A DNA stretch of 64,000 bases from an uncultured virus (IMG/VR IMGVR_UViG_3300020047_007813) (IMGVR_UViG_3300020047_007813), one strand, 5' to 3'. Shown: positions 20,487 through 30,057, counted from the stretch's first letter. Numbers and translations: made by a program. Notes: generated by a model from the letters alone, not told the origin.

Positions 20487-20773
20487 TAGAATGGCAAATC
20501 ATCTGCGGCAACTGACTTAGCAATTAGCTGCTCAGCATCCTCTATTTGAGCTATTGTATGATTACGCCTGTCTGCAAGCACTTTGTTTGCATGGTCAATC
20601 ATATACTGTGATTGCGTTTCTATTTCACAACGCCCGTCAACAAACCTTTTTGCCGCAGCAAATACGTCTGATGCTTTTTCTCCTTCTTCAACTTCGAGTT
20701 GAATCTCAATTTTTGCGTTCTCAAAGTTTCCTTTGCCTACCAATCTACTGTAGGTGATTAATTTTGCTTTCAT
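20486..20773 (-). CDS. hypothetical protein ending in DDLPF
   Basis: 95 aa; SSB-like acidic C-terminal tail. Confidence 0.5.
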   Translation of the reverse strand: MKAKLITYSRLVGKGNFENAKIEIQLEVEEGEKASDVFAAAKRFVDGRCEIETQSQYMIDHANKVLADRRNHTIAQIEDAEQLIAKSVAADDLPF

Positions 20774-20779
20774 AATTTT

Positions 20780-21157
20780 TTATACGGGTTTAATTAAGCC
20801 GCCCAAGGCTTTATTTCTTGTATATCTTCTTGGCACCACTACTTCTGATATCAAGCTGTAAACACCATATCGGTAAATATGTGCTCCTAAATCGCTGAAC
20901 TCATGTCGAACTTTTTTACAGTAGTCGTTCAAAAGCTCAACCGCTTTTTTCTTTGCTTTCTTATCAGAGCTTGTCTTAAAAAACTTTTTTAACTTATTGA
21001 TGTCGTCATCGGTTAAATGTCTGATAGCAAAAAGCAATACATCTTTTGATGTCCACTTATACTCACCCGAATCTATTACAGCCCCGCGATTGGTATGGCC
21101 TAATGCCTCCATCCGGTTTTTTGTTTGCAATGTAGTTGCCCCGTAGCTTGTTGTCAT
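20780..21157 (-). CDS. hypothetical protein
   Basis: 125 aa in operon. Confidence 0.5.
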   Translation of the reverse strand: MTTSYGATTLQTKNRMEALGHTNRGAVIDSGEYKWTSKDVLLFAIRHLTDDDINKLKKFFKTSSDKKAKKKAVELLNDYCKKVRHEFSDLGAHIYRYGVYSLISEVVVPRRYTRNKALGGLIKPV

Positions 21158-21441
21158 TTTATTTTAAAGCACATGATGTTTGTATAAAACTTCTCTCCAT
21201 TCTGAACCGAGTCTATAACCAGGTACATTGCTTTCCCTACAATCTCCTCGTCACTATACACTAAGTTAATCTCCTCGCCCTGATGCAACCCGGCTACATA
21301 GTTAACCGCAGCGTTTTTTACCTCCACTAACACCATGTCGGACTTACCCATCCTACCAACGACCTCCAATAACACGCACTGCTTCCGGTAGTTCTTACCT
21401 TCTTCTATTGGGTAGATTTTTTTGATGATCCCTTTTTTCAT
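21154..21441 (-). CDS. DUF3127-like OB-fold ssDNA-binding protein
   Basis: GIIKKIYP...YRKQCVLLE...FYTNIMCFKI pattern. Confidence 0.55.
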   Translation of the reverse strand: MKKGIIKKIYPIEEGKNYRKQCVLLEVVGRMGKSDMVLVEVKNAAVNYVAGLHQGEEINLVYSDEEIVGKAMYLVIDSVQNGEKFYTNIMCFKIK

Positions 21442-21691
21442 TGTCTTCTTTGTTAAATATTATTTCTCTTAATTCTAATTCAAAGCTAGGCTTTGTTGTT
21501 ATATTTTTATAATCACTACTAAACTCGATGCAAACTCCCATCTTCCTGTCATGGCCATTGTCTATCATCCACTTTACCGCCTCAATTATATCATCATCCT
21601 CCGCATTTACAAGCGCCCCGAAATCAGAAACTGTCCCTGGCTTATCAAGTATCTCCCGAAATAAAGCCCTTTTTTGCTCAACACTTATCAA
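21395..21691 (-). CDS. hypothetical protein
   Basis: 98 aa in operon. Confidence 0.45.
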   Translation of the reverse strand: MISVEQKRALFREILDKPGTVSDFGALVNAEDDDIIEAVKWMIDNGHDRKMGVCIEFSSDYKNITTKPSFELELREIIFNKEDNEKRDHQKNLPNRRR

Positions 21692-23202
21692 AATGGCGCC
21701 TCCTCTCCTCTGTCAAACTCATACACCCCTCTGCCCTTTTTTATAATTACCCCACCTCGTGTCGCTTTCTTTATCGCATGCTCTGACTTCGACTCGCTGC
21801 CTCCACTTACCTTGTTATAGCTCTGCAGCAATAACCCATAGCTTAGCTGACCGTAGTCATGCTTGCTGAATATTTTACGCATCACATCTTTTATAGTCAT
21901 CAGTGTCTCCTCTGTCCGTAATGTCATTGCCGGCTCTGGCTTATAGTCAGCCCCAACAAACATCCCAAGCTCGTCACTCCACTTAAAGTAAACCTCGATA
22001 TTATCTTTGCCCCCTCTGTTTTTCACATTCTCACCTACCTTGCTGCTCAACAATCTCAAACTTGGATCATCCTTATCTCTCGTCACCGAGAAATAGGTGT
22101 ATGCCTCCCGCATCATGGCACCGCCTAAATGCCCCCTTGCACTCTGACTATCTTTCTGCTTAAAGTTATTATGCAATGTGCCCATTATACCGCACCGGTA
22201 AGTACTGCTATAGCTCATCAGCTCACTCACAAACTCCTCGCTCTGCTCCACATTGTTGGTGTCGCCTATGAAATGGCTAAACCCGTCCAGCAATATCAAG
22301 TCATACTCCTTACTCTCCATAAACTTGCGCAAGTGCATCCTTTTGTCTTTCCATCCTATTACCGTCCGAAAGCTCCAAAAACTGATGTCCGGCAATTTAC
22401 CATGCTTGTCTCCATTTACACCAGTCCGTTTCTGAATCCGCTTTATACCATGAAATGCATCGTCATGGTCGCGCTCCGTATCTATCAGCAATACCCGTTT
22501 CTCACTGTTTACCTTAAACCCTAATGTATCTATGTCATCCCGAAGATGGCTCGCTAACACTATCTCCGTTAACTGACTTTTACCAGTACCGGGACTCGAT
22601 ATAAGCAAACTTACATTCCCTTTTGTCAATATAGGAGACCCCTGCAGCTCCAAAACAACGCGGCTCTCACTTACCTTGTGGTTTAGCGTAACCTCATACG
22701 GCTTGTTTACTCCATAACTAAAAACTTCCCTGATCTTATTGCTGCTTAACTCTACACCATCCAAAAGACTTATACTGTCCGCTGAGTCATTATACGCATT
22801 GGCAATAGCCTCCTGGCTCGTTCTGATAATCTCCCGCAATACAAATTTCTCTATCAGTATCTTGCAGTTATACCCGGTGTTGGTCGTGTTCGATACCTGA
22901 TTTACTAACTGTGATACATAAACCGGTCCGCCTACAGCCTCCAGCTTTCCTTGCTTCTTTAAAAATTGTACAGCCGTAAGTAAATCTATCGGAATGTCTG
23001 AAAAATACATCTGCTGTGTAGCAGCAAAGATAATTGAATGCGATTCCTTGTAAAAAACATTCTCATTCTTTATCGCTGAAAATACAACATCTCTTGCCGT
23101 TGCATCCATTAATACCGCCCCCAACACTGACACTTCAATGTCAATCGCTTGTGGTGGTAGTTTGCCGTCCTGAACTATCGCAGGGTTTTTCTTTGTCGCC
23201 AT
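21688..23202 (-). CDS. replicative helicase: DnaB N-terminal domain, AAA_25/RepA-type ATPase and C-terminal winged helix
   Basis: LPPQAIDIEVSVLGAVL (DnaB-N); SPGTGKS, LLIDTE, LLDG, LHNN, RGHLG. Confidence 0.8.
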   Translation of the reverse strand: MATKKNPAIVQDGKLPPQAIDIEVSVLGAVLMDATARDVVFSAIKNENVFYKESHSIIFAATQQMYFSDIPIDLLTAVQFLKKQGKLEAVGGPVYVSQLVNQVSNTTNTGYNCKILIEKFVLREIIRTSQEAIANAYNDSADSISLLDGVELSSNKIREVFSYGVNKPYEVTLNHKVSESRVVLELQGSPILTKGNVSLLISSPGTGKSQLTEIVLASHLRDDIDTLGFKVNSEKRVLLIDTERDHDDAFHGIKRIQKRTGVNGDKHGKLPDISFWSFRTVIGWKDKRMHLRKFMESKEYDLILLDGFSHFIGDTNNVEQSEEFVSELMSYSSTYRCGIMGTLHNNFKQKDSQSARGHLGGAMMREAYTYFSVTRDKDDPSLRLLSSKVGENVKNRGGKDNIEVYFKWSDELGMFVGADYKPEPAMTLRTEETLMTIKDVMRKIFSKHDYGQLSYGLLLQSYNKVSGGSESKSEHAIKKATRGGVIIKKGRGVYEFDRGEEAPF

Positions 23203-23436
23203 ATCTTTTTTCTACAATACCACATACACAAAAGCAGGTGCTGTTACCTCAATGATAAAACATGGGGTATCCTGCCTCTGTGTGTGGCATTTTCTTAAAT
23301 TGTTGTTTTTTGTGGAGTTTATCATTTTTGTGGGTAACAGCGATTGCAAACCAATAAATTAAATTTCATACTTCCTAATGTTTTTTTAATGAAAATTTAA
23401 CACCCCGCAAACCCAATGAAATCAAGCCTAAAAAAA

Positions 23437-23733
23437 GTTGAGGTGAATTCGAGGTGAATTTGAGGTAATTGTGAGGTAAGCGGTTTCAGTGGGTTTGAGG
23501 CATGTTTTGGCTAACTTCCGCATATACGTTGTGCGTTTTTTTTCTTCAAAAAAGTGCGTTTTCTCAATGATAGCAAGGCTTCGGCACATGTTGAGGTAAT
23601 CATTTTCCCATTACCTCCAATTCACCTCAACACCACTTTTTCTCTTTTTTACGTTAAACGCAATAACAACAAGGGTTACAGCTATTTTTAAATTACCTCC
23701 GATTTACCTCAAAATCACCTCCGATTTACTTCA
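23437..23733. repeat. inverted arrays of ~11-bp iterons (GAGGTRA core)
   Basis: 4 direct copies at 23437-23481, a mixed-orientation block at 23590-23631, 4 reverse copies at 23691-23733. Confidence 0.8.
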
Positions 23734-23745
23734 GCGAGATTTTAT

Positions 23746-23778
23746 ATTTATACCCCTATATATATAGGGGTAATAAAT
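23746..23778. repeat. palindrome TACCCCTATATATATAGGGGTA
   Basis: Perfect inverted repeat beside the iterons and an AT-rich stretch. Confidence 0.75.
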
Positions 23779-24266
23779 CTTAAAAAAAGAAATTCTGCCA
23801 GGTAGACCTATCAAAAATTTTTGAAAATATTTTTTGATCTGCTCGAGTTCTCTAATGGATAGATAAACGACACCCCATCCGGTTTCCGAATCGGACGCAA
23901 AACGCGGAACCCACCCCCCTACATCGTGTGCAGGTTGTCAATGGTCGGTGCTCCATGCAGGTGAAAGCCACCATTGAGGGCAAAGCAAGGCAATATAGCA
24001 GCGCATAGCGTGATATAGGCTATATTCGGGGGTGATAACTCGAAATGGCTGCGATATACAGATGCTAACCGTACCAATGTGCAGAATAATCCCGCTATTT
24101 CAGCTGTAATCCTTGCTACGGTGGGGTAGGAGGGAGGTTAAGCCCAACATATAGTCATGTGTTTTCGGGGCTATTTAACATAATAGTATTTATGGTAACG
24201 AAAATCGGGTCATTTTTTTTATTGGGAGATATATTCTACCTTCGGGCAAGCAAAACACCTCAAATA

Positions 24267-24698
24267 ATGGCAAAATCAAAATATAAACAGCCCGAAACGC
24301 CCTGCCAATGCTGCAACGAAGCAATAGAACCTTATAACAAGAGGCTTTCATCTCATACGGTTGTATATAACGTAGTGCAGTCCTACAATCAGCTATTGCG
24401 CCATACGTTGAACTCTCACCACTTGGGCAAATATGCGGTTGTGGTATTGATAACCCTCCACTATTCAGGCAAACCAATCACGATGGCGAATATAGATGAG
24501 CGGGCAAGCGGTAGAGTGAAAGTGAAAGCAAATAGCTATGCAGCACTGCGGGACTTAATAAAGTTAGGCTATGTTATCCCGACAACGGGGCGTAGGTCGA
24601 AATGGGGCGGCATGGGCTACAGATACAGCCTAACCATTAGCGGGAGGTTGTTTGTCGAAAACAACTTATTGAAGCCATTAATTGCCGCTATTGCCTAA
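24267..24698 (+). CDS. winged-helix DNA-binding protein
   Basis: Likely start MAKSKYK at 24267; ALRDLIKLGYV...YSLTISG (MarR-like wHTH). Confidence 0.55.
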   Translation: MAKSKYKQPETPCQCCNEAIEPYNKRLSSHTVVYNVVQSYNQLLRHTLNSHHLGKYAVVVLITLHYSGKPITMANIDERASGRVKVKANSYAALRDLIKLGYVIPTTGRRSKWGGMGYRYSLTISGRLFVENNLLKPLIAAIA

Positions 24699-24937
24699 AA
24701 CAACCGACCCTCCGACATATACTTATCCCACAATTAGCCCAAAGTGGCTAAAATGTGCCTAAAAAAGCCAAATAAGGGCATAGTATTGATTTTATTGATA
24801 TTTCTGTCCATATAGCCAACTATATGGACGGCTATGTGTTAAACTTTTGTTAACGCTGCAATATTTCTTTTAGACTATGTAATATGTATTGTTTTTTTTA
24901 TTTGCTTTGTACCAAACAAGTCAAAAACACTATAAAA

Positions 24938-26062
24938 ATGACAAATTTAAAAATCCCAAATGAGTCTCAAACGCCCTATGAGTGGGCATTAGAGAACAAT
25001 TTACCCGAAGCAAAAGATGGTATGCTTTGGAAGGAGTGTTGCCAGGCAATTGGAGTAACACCACAAGGAACAGAGAGCCCTAAAATATGCATAGGCCGCA
25101 ACATTCGCGCGGCATTGCGTGACACTATGCCAAGCAGACAAGTAGCTGCAAAGATAGGCGGCAATGAGCCAAAAGTAACTACTGCAACAGCAGCGAGTCA
25201 AGAGTTGGCGCAAATGATGGCAGCGGCAATACAACCATTGCTTAACCTACAACAGCAGCAACCAATAGACCAGGCTGCGATAATCGAGTTGATAAAGCAA
25301 TATGCGCCAACCAAGCATATAGAAATCAATCTGAATGGCGCTATCAATACAGTTGAGGGCATAACGCACTATCAGTTTGAGCAATTGCTTAAAATAGTTA
25401 GTGCGGGCGTTAACATTATGTTGGTAGGCGCTGCGGGTAGCGGTAAGACTACATTAGTAGAGCAATGCGCGAAAGCATTGGGTCGCGAGTTCTACTGTAT
25501 GAGTGTAGGCAATCAGACAACAAAGTCAGATTTAATGGGTTACATGGATGCACAAGGGCGCTATGTGAAGACTATATTTAGGGATGCTTATGAGTTCGGG
25601 GGCGTTTTTTGCCTCGATGAAGTAGACGCGGGCAACGCGAATACAATCACATGCTTGAATAGCGCGCTGAGTAATGGAGTATGTGCATTTGGCGATGGCA
25701 TGGTAAAGAAACACGCGGACTTTCAATGTGTGGCAACAGCTAATACATTCGGAAGTGGTGCAAGTCGTAGCTACGTGGGACGTAACCAAATGGACGCTGC
25801 GAGTTTGGATAGGTTTGTAACGGTTGAGATTAAGTATGACGAGAATATGGAGCGTATTATAGCGGGTCATGACAGTTGGGTGGCAACCGTTCAGAAAGTA
25901 CGCAAGGCAATGGAGGGAGAGCGCATAGTTATAAGCCCTCGCGCTTCAATCATGGGCGCTAAGCTATTGAAAGCAGGACTAACACATAAAGAGGTGTTTG
26001 ACATGACTATATTGAAAGGGTGCAGTGAAGATATTAAAACTAAAATCAACGCAGCACTATGA
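24938..26062 (+). CDS. MoxR/CobS-like AAA+ ATPase
   Basis: GAAGSGKT, CLDEVD, VATANT, DAASLDRF, ISPR; ATG at 24938 follows an A-rich leader. Confidence 0.85.
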   Translation: MTNLKIPNESQTPYEWALENNLPEAKDGMLWKECCQAIGVTPQGTESPKICIGRNIRAALRDTMPSRQVAAKIGGNEPKVTTATAASQELAQMMAAAIQPLLNLQQQQPIDQAAIIELIKQYAPTKHIEINLNGAINTVEGITHYQFEQLLKIVSAGVNIMLVGAAGSGKTTLVEQCAKALGREFYCMSVGNQTTKSDLMGYMDAQGRYVKTIFRDAYEFGGVFCLDEVDAGNANTITCLNSALSNGVCAFGDGMVKKHADFQCVATANTFGSGASRSYVGRNQMDAASLDRFVTVEIKYDENMERIIAGHDSWVATVQKVRKAMEGERIVISPRASIMGAKLLKAGLTHKEVFDMTILKGCSEDIKTKINAAL

Positions 26063-26880
26063 AACACTTCAAAATAGTATTCGACAGCGTATCTGAGATA
26101 GCAGCGTATATTGAAAGCAACAGGGCAACGCATGACGTAAGCAAGAACGGTTACGGTTCGTCTTATGATAGGGATGAAAAATTTAGGGGTGGTAGTCATG
26201 ATGATTTGATTGATGGCTTACGCAATGGAGACATAAAAGCATTAGCCGAGTTTACAGCGGCTAATGTTAATGTGGAACTATCAACAATTGACAATATCAT
26301 GCACAGCGATGTGTCGGGGGCTTATGTTGACATGGGGGCATTCATAAACGGAGCGCCCGAATGTATGGTACAATTCAGCACTGAGGAGAGCAACAGATTT
26401 TGCGATATAGTTTGTAACATCAGTTATTCAGCGGACACAACGCATAAGCAAATGATGGCTAAATACATGTATATAGTCAAACTAATAGACTTGTTGGAGC
26501 GTAGTAATACCCGCTGCAAACTAACCATTATATGCTATTCTAAGGGTGCTAAGAAGAAAGGCAAAAAATGGACAGCTACAGATGATAGGTGCGACATAAC
26601 GGTACAATTAAAGCAATACAGCGAGGCTTTAAGTTTGGGGCATCTTCTATTTGTTTGCTGCAATCCATTGTTTTTAAGGGGTGCAGTAAACATAATACAG
26701 CACATAAATTTAGAGCAAATAGGATTTGTCTATGCGGGTTGCTGTACGGGTAATGATACGGTGCATCCCGCATGCGACATCTACGTTCCAAGCATGTACG
26801 CGGACACAAGAAAGTACTTAGGAACAGATGCAGATTTTAAGCAATGGGTATCGGGTATGCTACCTATGCTAAACAGTTAA
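26059..26880 (+). CDS. vWA-like partner of the MoxR ATPase
   Basis: Coupled by ATGA overlap; DVSGAYVDMGAFINGAPECM; degenerate MIDAS NISYS. Confidence 0.65.
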   Translation: MKHFKIVFDSVSEIAAYIESNRATHDVSKNGYGSSYDRDEKFRGGSHDDLIDGLRNGDIKALAEFTAANVNVELSTIDNIMHSDVSGAYVDMGAFINGAPECMVQFSTEESNRFCDIVCNISYSADTTHKQMMAKYMYIVKLIDLLERSNTRCKLTIICYSKGAKKKGKKWTATDDRCDITVQLKQYSEALSLGHLLFVCCNPLFLRGAVNIIQHINLEQIGFVYAGCCTGNDTVHPACDIYVPSMYADTRKYLGTDADFKQWVSGMLPMLNS

Positions 26881-26915
26881 TGGTTCGTGCGGGTTCGATT
26901 CCCGCGACTGTTCAA
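26872..26915 (+). ncRNA. mini tRNA-like element 1 (acceptor stem and T-arm, no anticodon arm)
   Basis: AACAGTT-aaTGGTtcgt-GCGGG-TTCGATT-CCCGC-GACTGTT-CAA. Confidence 0.6.
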
Positions 26916-26959
26916 CGGAGCAATAATACTCCATTTCACAATTAAAAACAAACACTATT

Positions 26960-27385
26960 ATGTACTTAAAAACAGACTGCACCCACAGAATAATGTGGAG
27001 TCAAGAAACAGACAAGAATATCTACCTTGTAGAGCAAGACAAGGTAAGTCAGGAGTTTACATATAGTCTTAATGGCTATGTACTGAGTAAACCATGCCGC
27101 ACACATTTGAAAATGATGGCGCACTTCAATTTGCCCGCGCCAAAGCAAACTATCATTAGCATATTAGCAGATGGCGAGGTTATAAACTTAAACTTTGCAC
27201 AAGGCAACATAGGCAAGTGTATTAAGAGTATAAAGGCAAGTCTAACATGTGATTTCACCGTAATAGGCGCAAGAGTGTTCACGCTGCTATTGGTGGCTAT
27301 ATTAGCAACATCATGCAGCACAACTAAACACAGCAGACCATCACACAGCACCGCTAATTACTACAAACATTGTAACAACTTATAA
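26960..27385 (+). CDS. early hypothetical protein with late hydrophobic/lipobox-like segment
   Basis: FTLLLVAILATSC near the C-terminus. Confidence 0.45.
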   Translation: MYLKTDCTHRIMWSQETDKNIYLVEQDKVSQEFTYSLNGYVLSKPCRTHLKMMAHFNLPAPKQTIISILADGEVINLNFAQGNIGKCIKSIKASLTCDFTVIGARVFTLLLVAILATSCSTTKHSRPSHSTANYYKHCNNL

Positions 27386-27388
27386 CAC

Positions 27389-27604
27389 ATGACAACACGC
27401 GAAAAAATAGAGGTGCTAAAAGCTACTCAGTTGAAAAATTTTAAGTGGAGTAGGTTCAGTAGGTGTTGGTATGCAAAGCTAACGCAAGGCAATTTGGACA
27501 AAGCAAATAGCATAGCGGGAACGGCTATTCCTTTACCATCAGCAATAACAGAGCGTGAGGCATGGTTGATAGATGACATGACAGCGAAACAAGAGAGCAA
27601 ATAG
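27389..27604 (+). CDS. early hypothetical protein
   Basis: 71 aa; FKWSRFSRCWY. Confidence 0.5.
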   Translation: MTTREKIEVLKATQLKNFKWSRFSRCWYAKLTQGNLDKANSIAGTAIPLPSAITEREAWLIDDMTAKQESK

Positions 27605-27629
27605 CAGCATGGGCAAAAGACTATATAAG

Positions 27630-27710
27630 AAGTTAACTGACGATGGATTTTAAATCCGAAACGCTGCAATTCATTCAGTTTTGCATGGATTTGGGTGATG
27701 CGTTTGACTT
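27630..27710 (+). ncRNA. hammerhead-ribozyme-like motif (variant core)
   Basis: CTGACGA-t-GGATT/AATCC-GAAA core; ACGC/GCGT stem III; AAGTTA/TGACTT stem I; intergenic. Confidence 0.4.
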
Positions 27711-27754
27711 CGAGTATCAAGCAAGTTGGTAACAATATTAATCACTCCACAAAT

Positions 27755-27961
27755 ATGAGAATAGTAAGGCTAATTGTATTTCTGCTGCTGATAGCTGCAT
27801 TGATGCACGCGAAAATGTACAGCGACAAAGTACATGCGGCACAAACAGAGGCTGCAAGGTTGGAGAGTATAGGCTATAGCTCGGACTGGGCGCATCACAA
27901 GGCGTGGTGTGAGGCGGGTCTGATTGAAAAGGACAGCCTATATTGGGCAATAGATAGATGA
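27755..27961 (+). CDS. small membrane-anchored early protein
   Basis: MRIVRLIVFLLLIAALMHA N-terminus. Confidence 0.5.
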   Translation: MRIVRLIVFLLLIAALMHAKMYSDKVHAAQTEAARLESIGYSSDWAHHKAWCEAGLIEKDSLYWAIDR

Positions 27962-28001
27962 GTGGTAAGTAGTGGAGGTTCGACTCCTCCACCATCTACA
28001 A
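27955..28001 (+). ncRNA. mini tRNA-like element 2
   Basis: TAGATG-agTGGTaagta-GTGGAGG-TTCGACT-CCTCCAC-CATCTA-CAA. Confidence 0.6.
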
Positions 28002-28037
28002 TATGGCAACGAAGCCATAGGTTAAATAATACTACAA

Positions 28038-28565
28038 ATGAAGAAAACTAAAATCAGTACAGATGGCACGAGCTACTACGGCAGCTCGGCAACAGCAACA
28101 TTAGAGCAAATGCGCAAAGCATTGGGCGCTCCCGATTGGGAAGACAATAAGGGCTTAGGCAAGGTAAATTTTGAGTGGGAGCGCGAGACCGAAACGGGAT
28201 TAGTATTTACCGTTTACGATTGGAAATATTATCGTGAGATTGATGACAACGAGGACATCCAATGGAACATTGGCGGTCATAGCAAGGATGCAACGGAGGC
28301 TGCGCGAGGCGAGATAGAGAAAGCGTTACAACAGATAGGAAACAAAGAGGAGTGTACATGCTTTTTGTTTGGGTTGGATGCTATAGTTGCTTATAACGAT
28401 GGGGGAGCTGATGCAGCAGCAGAGGCGATTGCAGAGGGCAAAGGCGATGTATTCAGATACACTAATGAGCACAGACTATATGACCTGCTAACATTTGCGA
28501 GTGGATGGGGCGACTTTACGGAGATTAGCGAGGATGAGTACAACTTGATAACAAAGGAGGTATAA
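28038..28565 (+). CDS. early hypothetical protein
   Basis: 175 aa; GKVNFEW, FTVYDWK, WNIGG motif common in phage early proteins. Confidence 0.6.
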   Translation: MKKTKISTDGTSYYGSSATATLEQMRKALGAPDWEDNKGLGKVNFEWERETETGLVFTVYDWKYYREIDDNEDIQWNIGGHSKDATEAARGEIEKALQQIGNKEECTCFLFGLDAIVAYNDGGADAAAEAIAEGKGDVFRYTNEHRLYDLLTFASGWGDFTEISEDEYNLITKEV

Positions 28566-28566
28566 C

Positions 28567-28830
28567 ATGATAGACGAGATAATTGAACTAATGAAGGGTG
28601 CAAAATTTGAACAAGGCAACTTCACGGATGAGATGGCAGACTTCATGGAGAGCCTGCACGTATGCAGTAGGTGTAATGCACTTACAAAAGATGGCTATGT
28701 GGTTAATGATGGCGATGAGATATTTTGCAGCGACCAATGCCTGAGCACAGTTTACCCGCCCGAAGTGTGGGCAGAAATGAGTAAAGACGATAACAACGAA
28801 AACTATTGGACAAGATGGACAGAACTATAA
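28567..28830 (+). CDS. small zinc-finger protein
   Basis: CSRC...FCSDQC. Confidence 0.55.
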   Translation: MIDEIIELMKGAKFEQGNFTDEMADFMESLHVCSRCNALTKDGYVVNDGDEIFCSDQCLSTVYPPEVWAEMSKDDNNENYWTRWTEL

Positions 28831-29372
28831 AAAAATACATAGTATGCGAGTATTACGCAGCCAACTATGGCATACAGCCAATAGGAAGGGGTGAGAATGA
28901 CGTATTGGAGCTATTTGATACAGAGGAAGCAGCAAGGCAAGATATAGCCGAGCATGTAGCCGATGTAGCGGAGGCTGTAAAAAAGGGCGACATGAGCGAG
29001 GAGTACAGCATTGACGACTATACGGTAATCGAGGTAGAAGTGGTTAACCCAACAGCGCCAGCGGCACTGCAAAAGTTGATATTCACCTATGAGGGCGATA
29101 CGTTTTGTATGCGCAGGCAAGATGACGACTTTGAGCTGTATTTTGAGTTCAAGGTACTCAAAGAGGATTTCAATGGCATTAAGAGCGTACAGAGATGGGC
29201 TGACGAGGCTATATTCGATGTTGGGCAACCGGTTAAAGTTGCGTTTGGGAAACACAAGTACATTGTAAAACGCTCGATTGAGCGATTTGACCTATTGCAA
29301 GGCAAGATATGCGTAAGTTTAATAGGAGCGCGGTTGAAAACCAATTTGCGCGATTTACAACACGATTATTAG
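28806..29372 (+). CDS. acidic early hypothetical protein
   Basis: 188 aa in early operon. Confidence 0.5.
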   Translation: MDKMDRTIKKYIVCEYYAANYGIQPIGRGENDVLELFDTEEAARQDIAEHVADVAEAVKKGDMSEEYSIDDYTVIEVEVVNPTAPAALQKLIFTYEGDTFCMRRQDDDFELYFEFKVLKEDFNGIKSVQRWADEAIFDVGQPVKVAFGKHKYIVKRSIERFDLLQGKICVSLIGARLKTNLRDLQHDY

Positions 29373-29415
29373 GGGTATGGTAGCAAAGGGGGTTCGACTC
29401 CCCCTTTCCCTACAA
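29370..29415 (+). ncRNA. mini tRNA-like element 3
   Basis: TAGGG-gtaTGGTagc-AAAGGGGG-TTCGACT-CCCCCTTT-CCCTA-CAA. Confidence 0.6.
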
Positions 29416-29453
29416 TGAGGGTAATTCAGCTCTCAGGTTAAACAAACACTATA

Positions 29454-29825
29454 ATGAAAGAAAACGATTTTTGGGCTGACGCGGAAGTAGTCAGCACGTA
29501 CACAAGAGCAGAGGCTCTCGCTGATGGGTCATTGATTGACCAAAGCGAAGTAGCCAAAGAAGCAGGGTTTAAGTACCCGCTAGCAATTACTTCGGGTTTG
29601 CATGGAGTAATACAAAAAGCTATAAAGGATGGGTCAGACACGATTGATTGGATAATGTGGGACATTCTTACTATGTTCAAAATTGCTATCAAAAAGGATG
29701 GCAACGACAACAAAGTATGGTTTCAGTTCTCGCTACAAGGCAAGATAGTTGACCTATGGAGCGTAATTGATGGGGGCGATGATGGCAAACCTGTAATTAC
29801 AATTATGCTAACAACGGAGGACTAA
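29454..29825 (+). CDS. DUF6573-like protein
   Basis: YTRAEALADGSLID, EAGFKYP, WDIL, GDDGKPVITIM motifs. Confidence 0.6.
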   Translation: MKENDFWADAEVVSTYTRAEALADGSLIDQSEVAKEAGFKYPLAITSGLHGVIQKAIKDGSDTIDWIMWDILTMFKIAIKKDGNDNKVWFQFSLQGKIVDLWSVIDGGDDGKPVITIMLTTED

Positions 29826-29829
29826 GGAC

Positions 29830-30057
29830 ATGGAAACGACATTCAAAAAAAAGGTAAAAGGGATTGTCATGGAAAATATTTTTGATAATAGCGGAAGTGA
29901 GCTGTTTATGGTAAAGTATTATGCAAACTTGGCGATTAAAGACGATGAGGAGTTTATAGAAGATAAATCATATCGCTACGAAATTACTATCAGACACCCA
30001 GAGGGAACGGACGCAATTGAATTATTTAACAACGCTGTAAAACAAATAAGCAAATGA
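29830..30057 (+). CDS. hypothetical protein
   Basis: 75 aa in operon. Confidence 0.45.
   Translation: METTFKKKVKGIVMENIFDNSGSELFMVKYYANLAIKDDEEFIEDKSYRYEITIRHPEGTDAIELFNNAVKQISK

Noticed and set aside
23437..23733. CRISPR repeats
   Set aside because: Units are ~11 bp, abutting, in both orientations and without spacers
26872..29415. True tRNA genes
   Set aside because: Only ~45 nt with no anticodon or D stem; reported as tRNA-like elements instead
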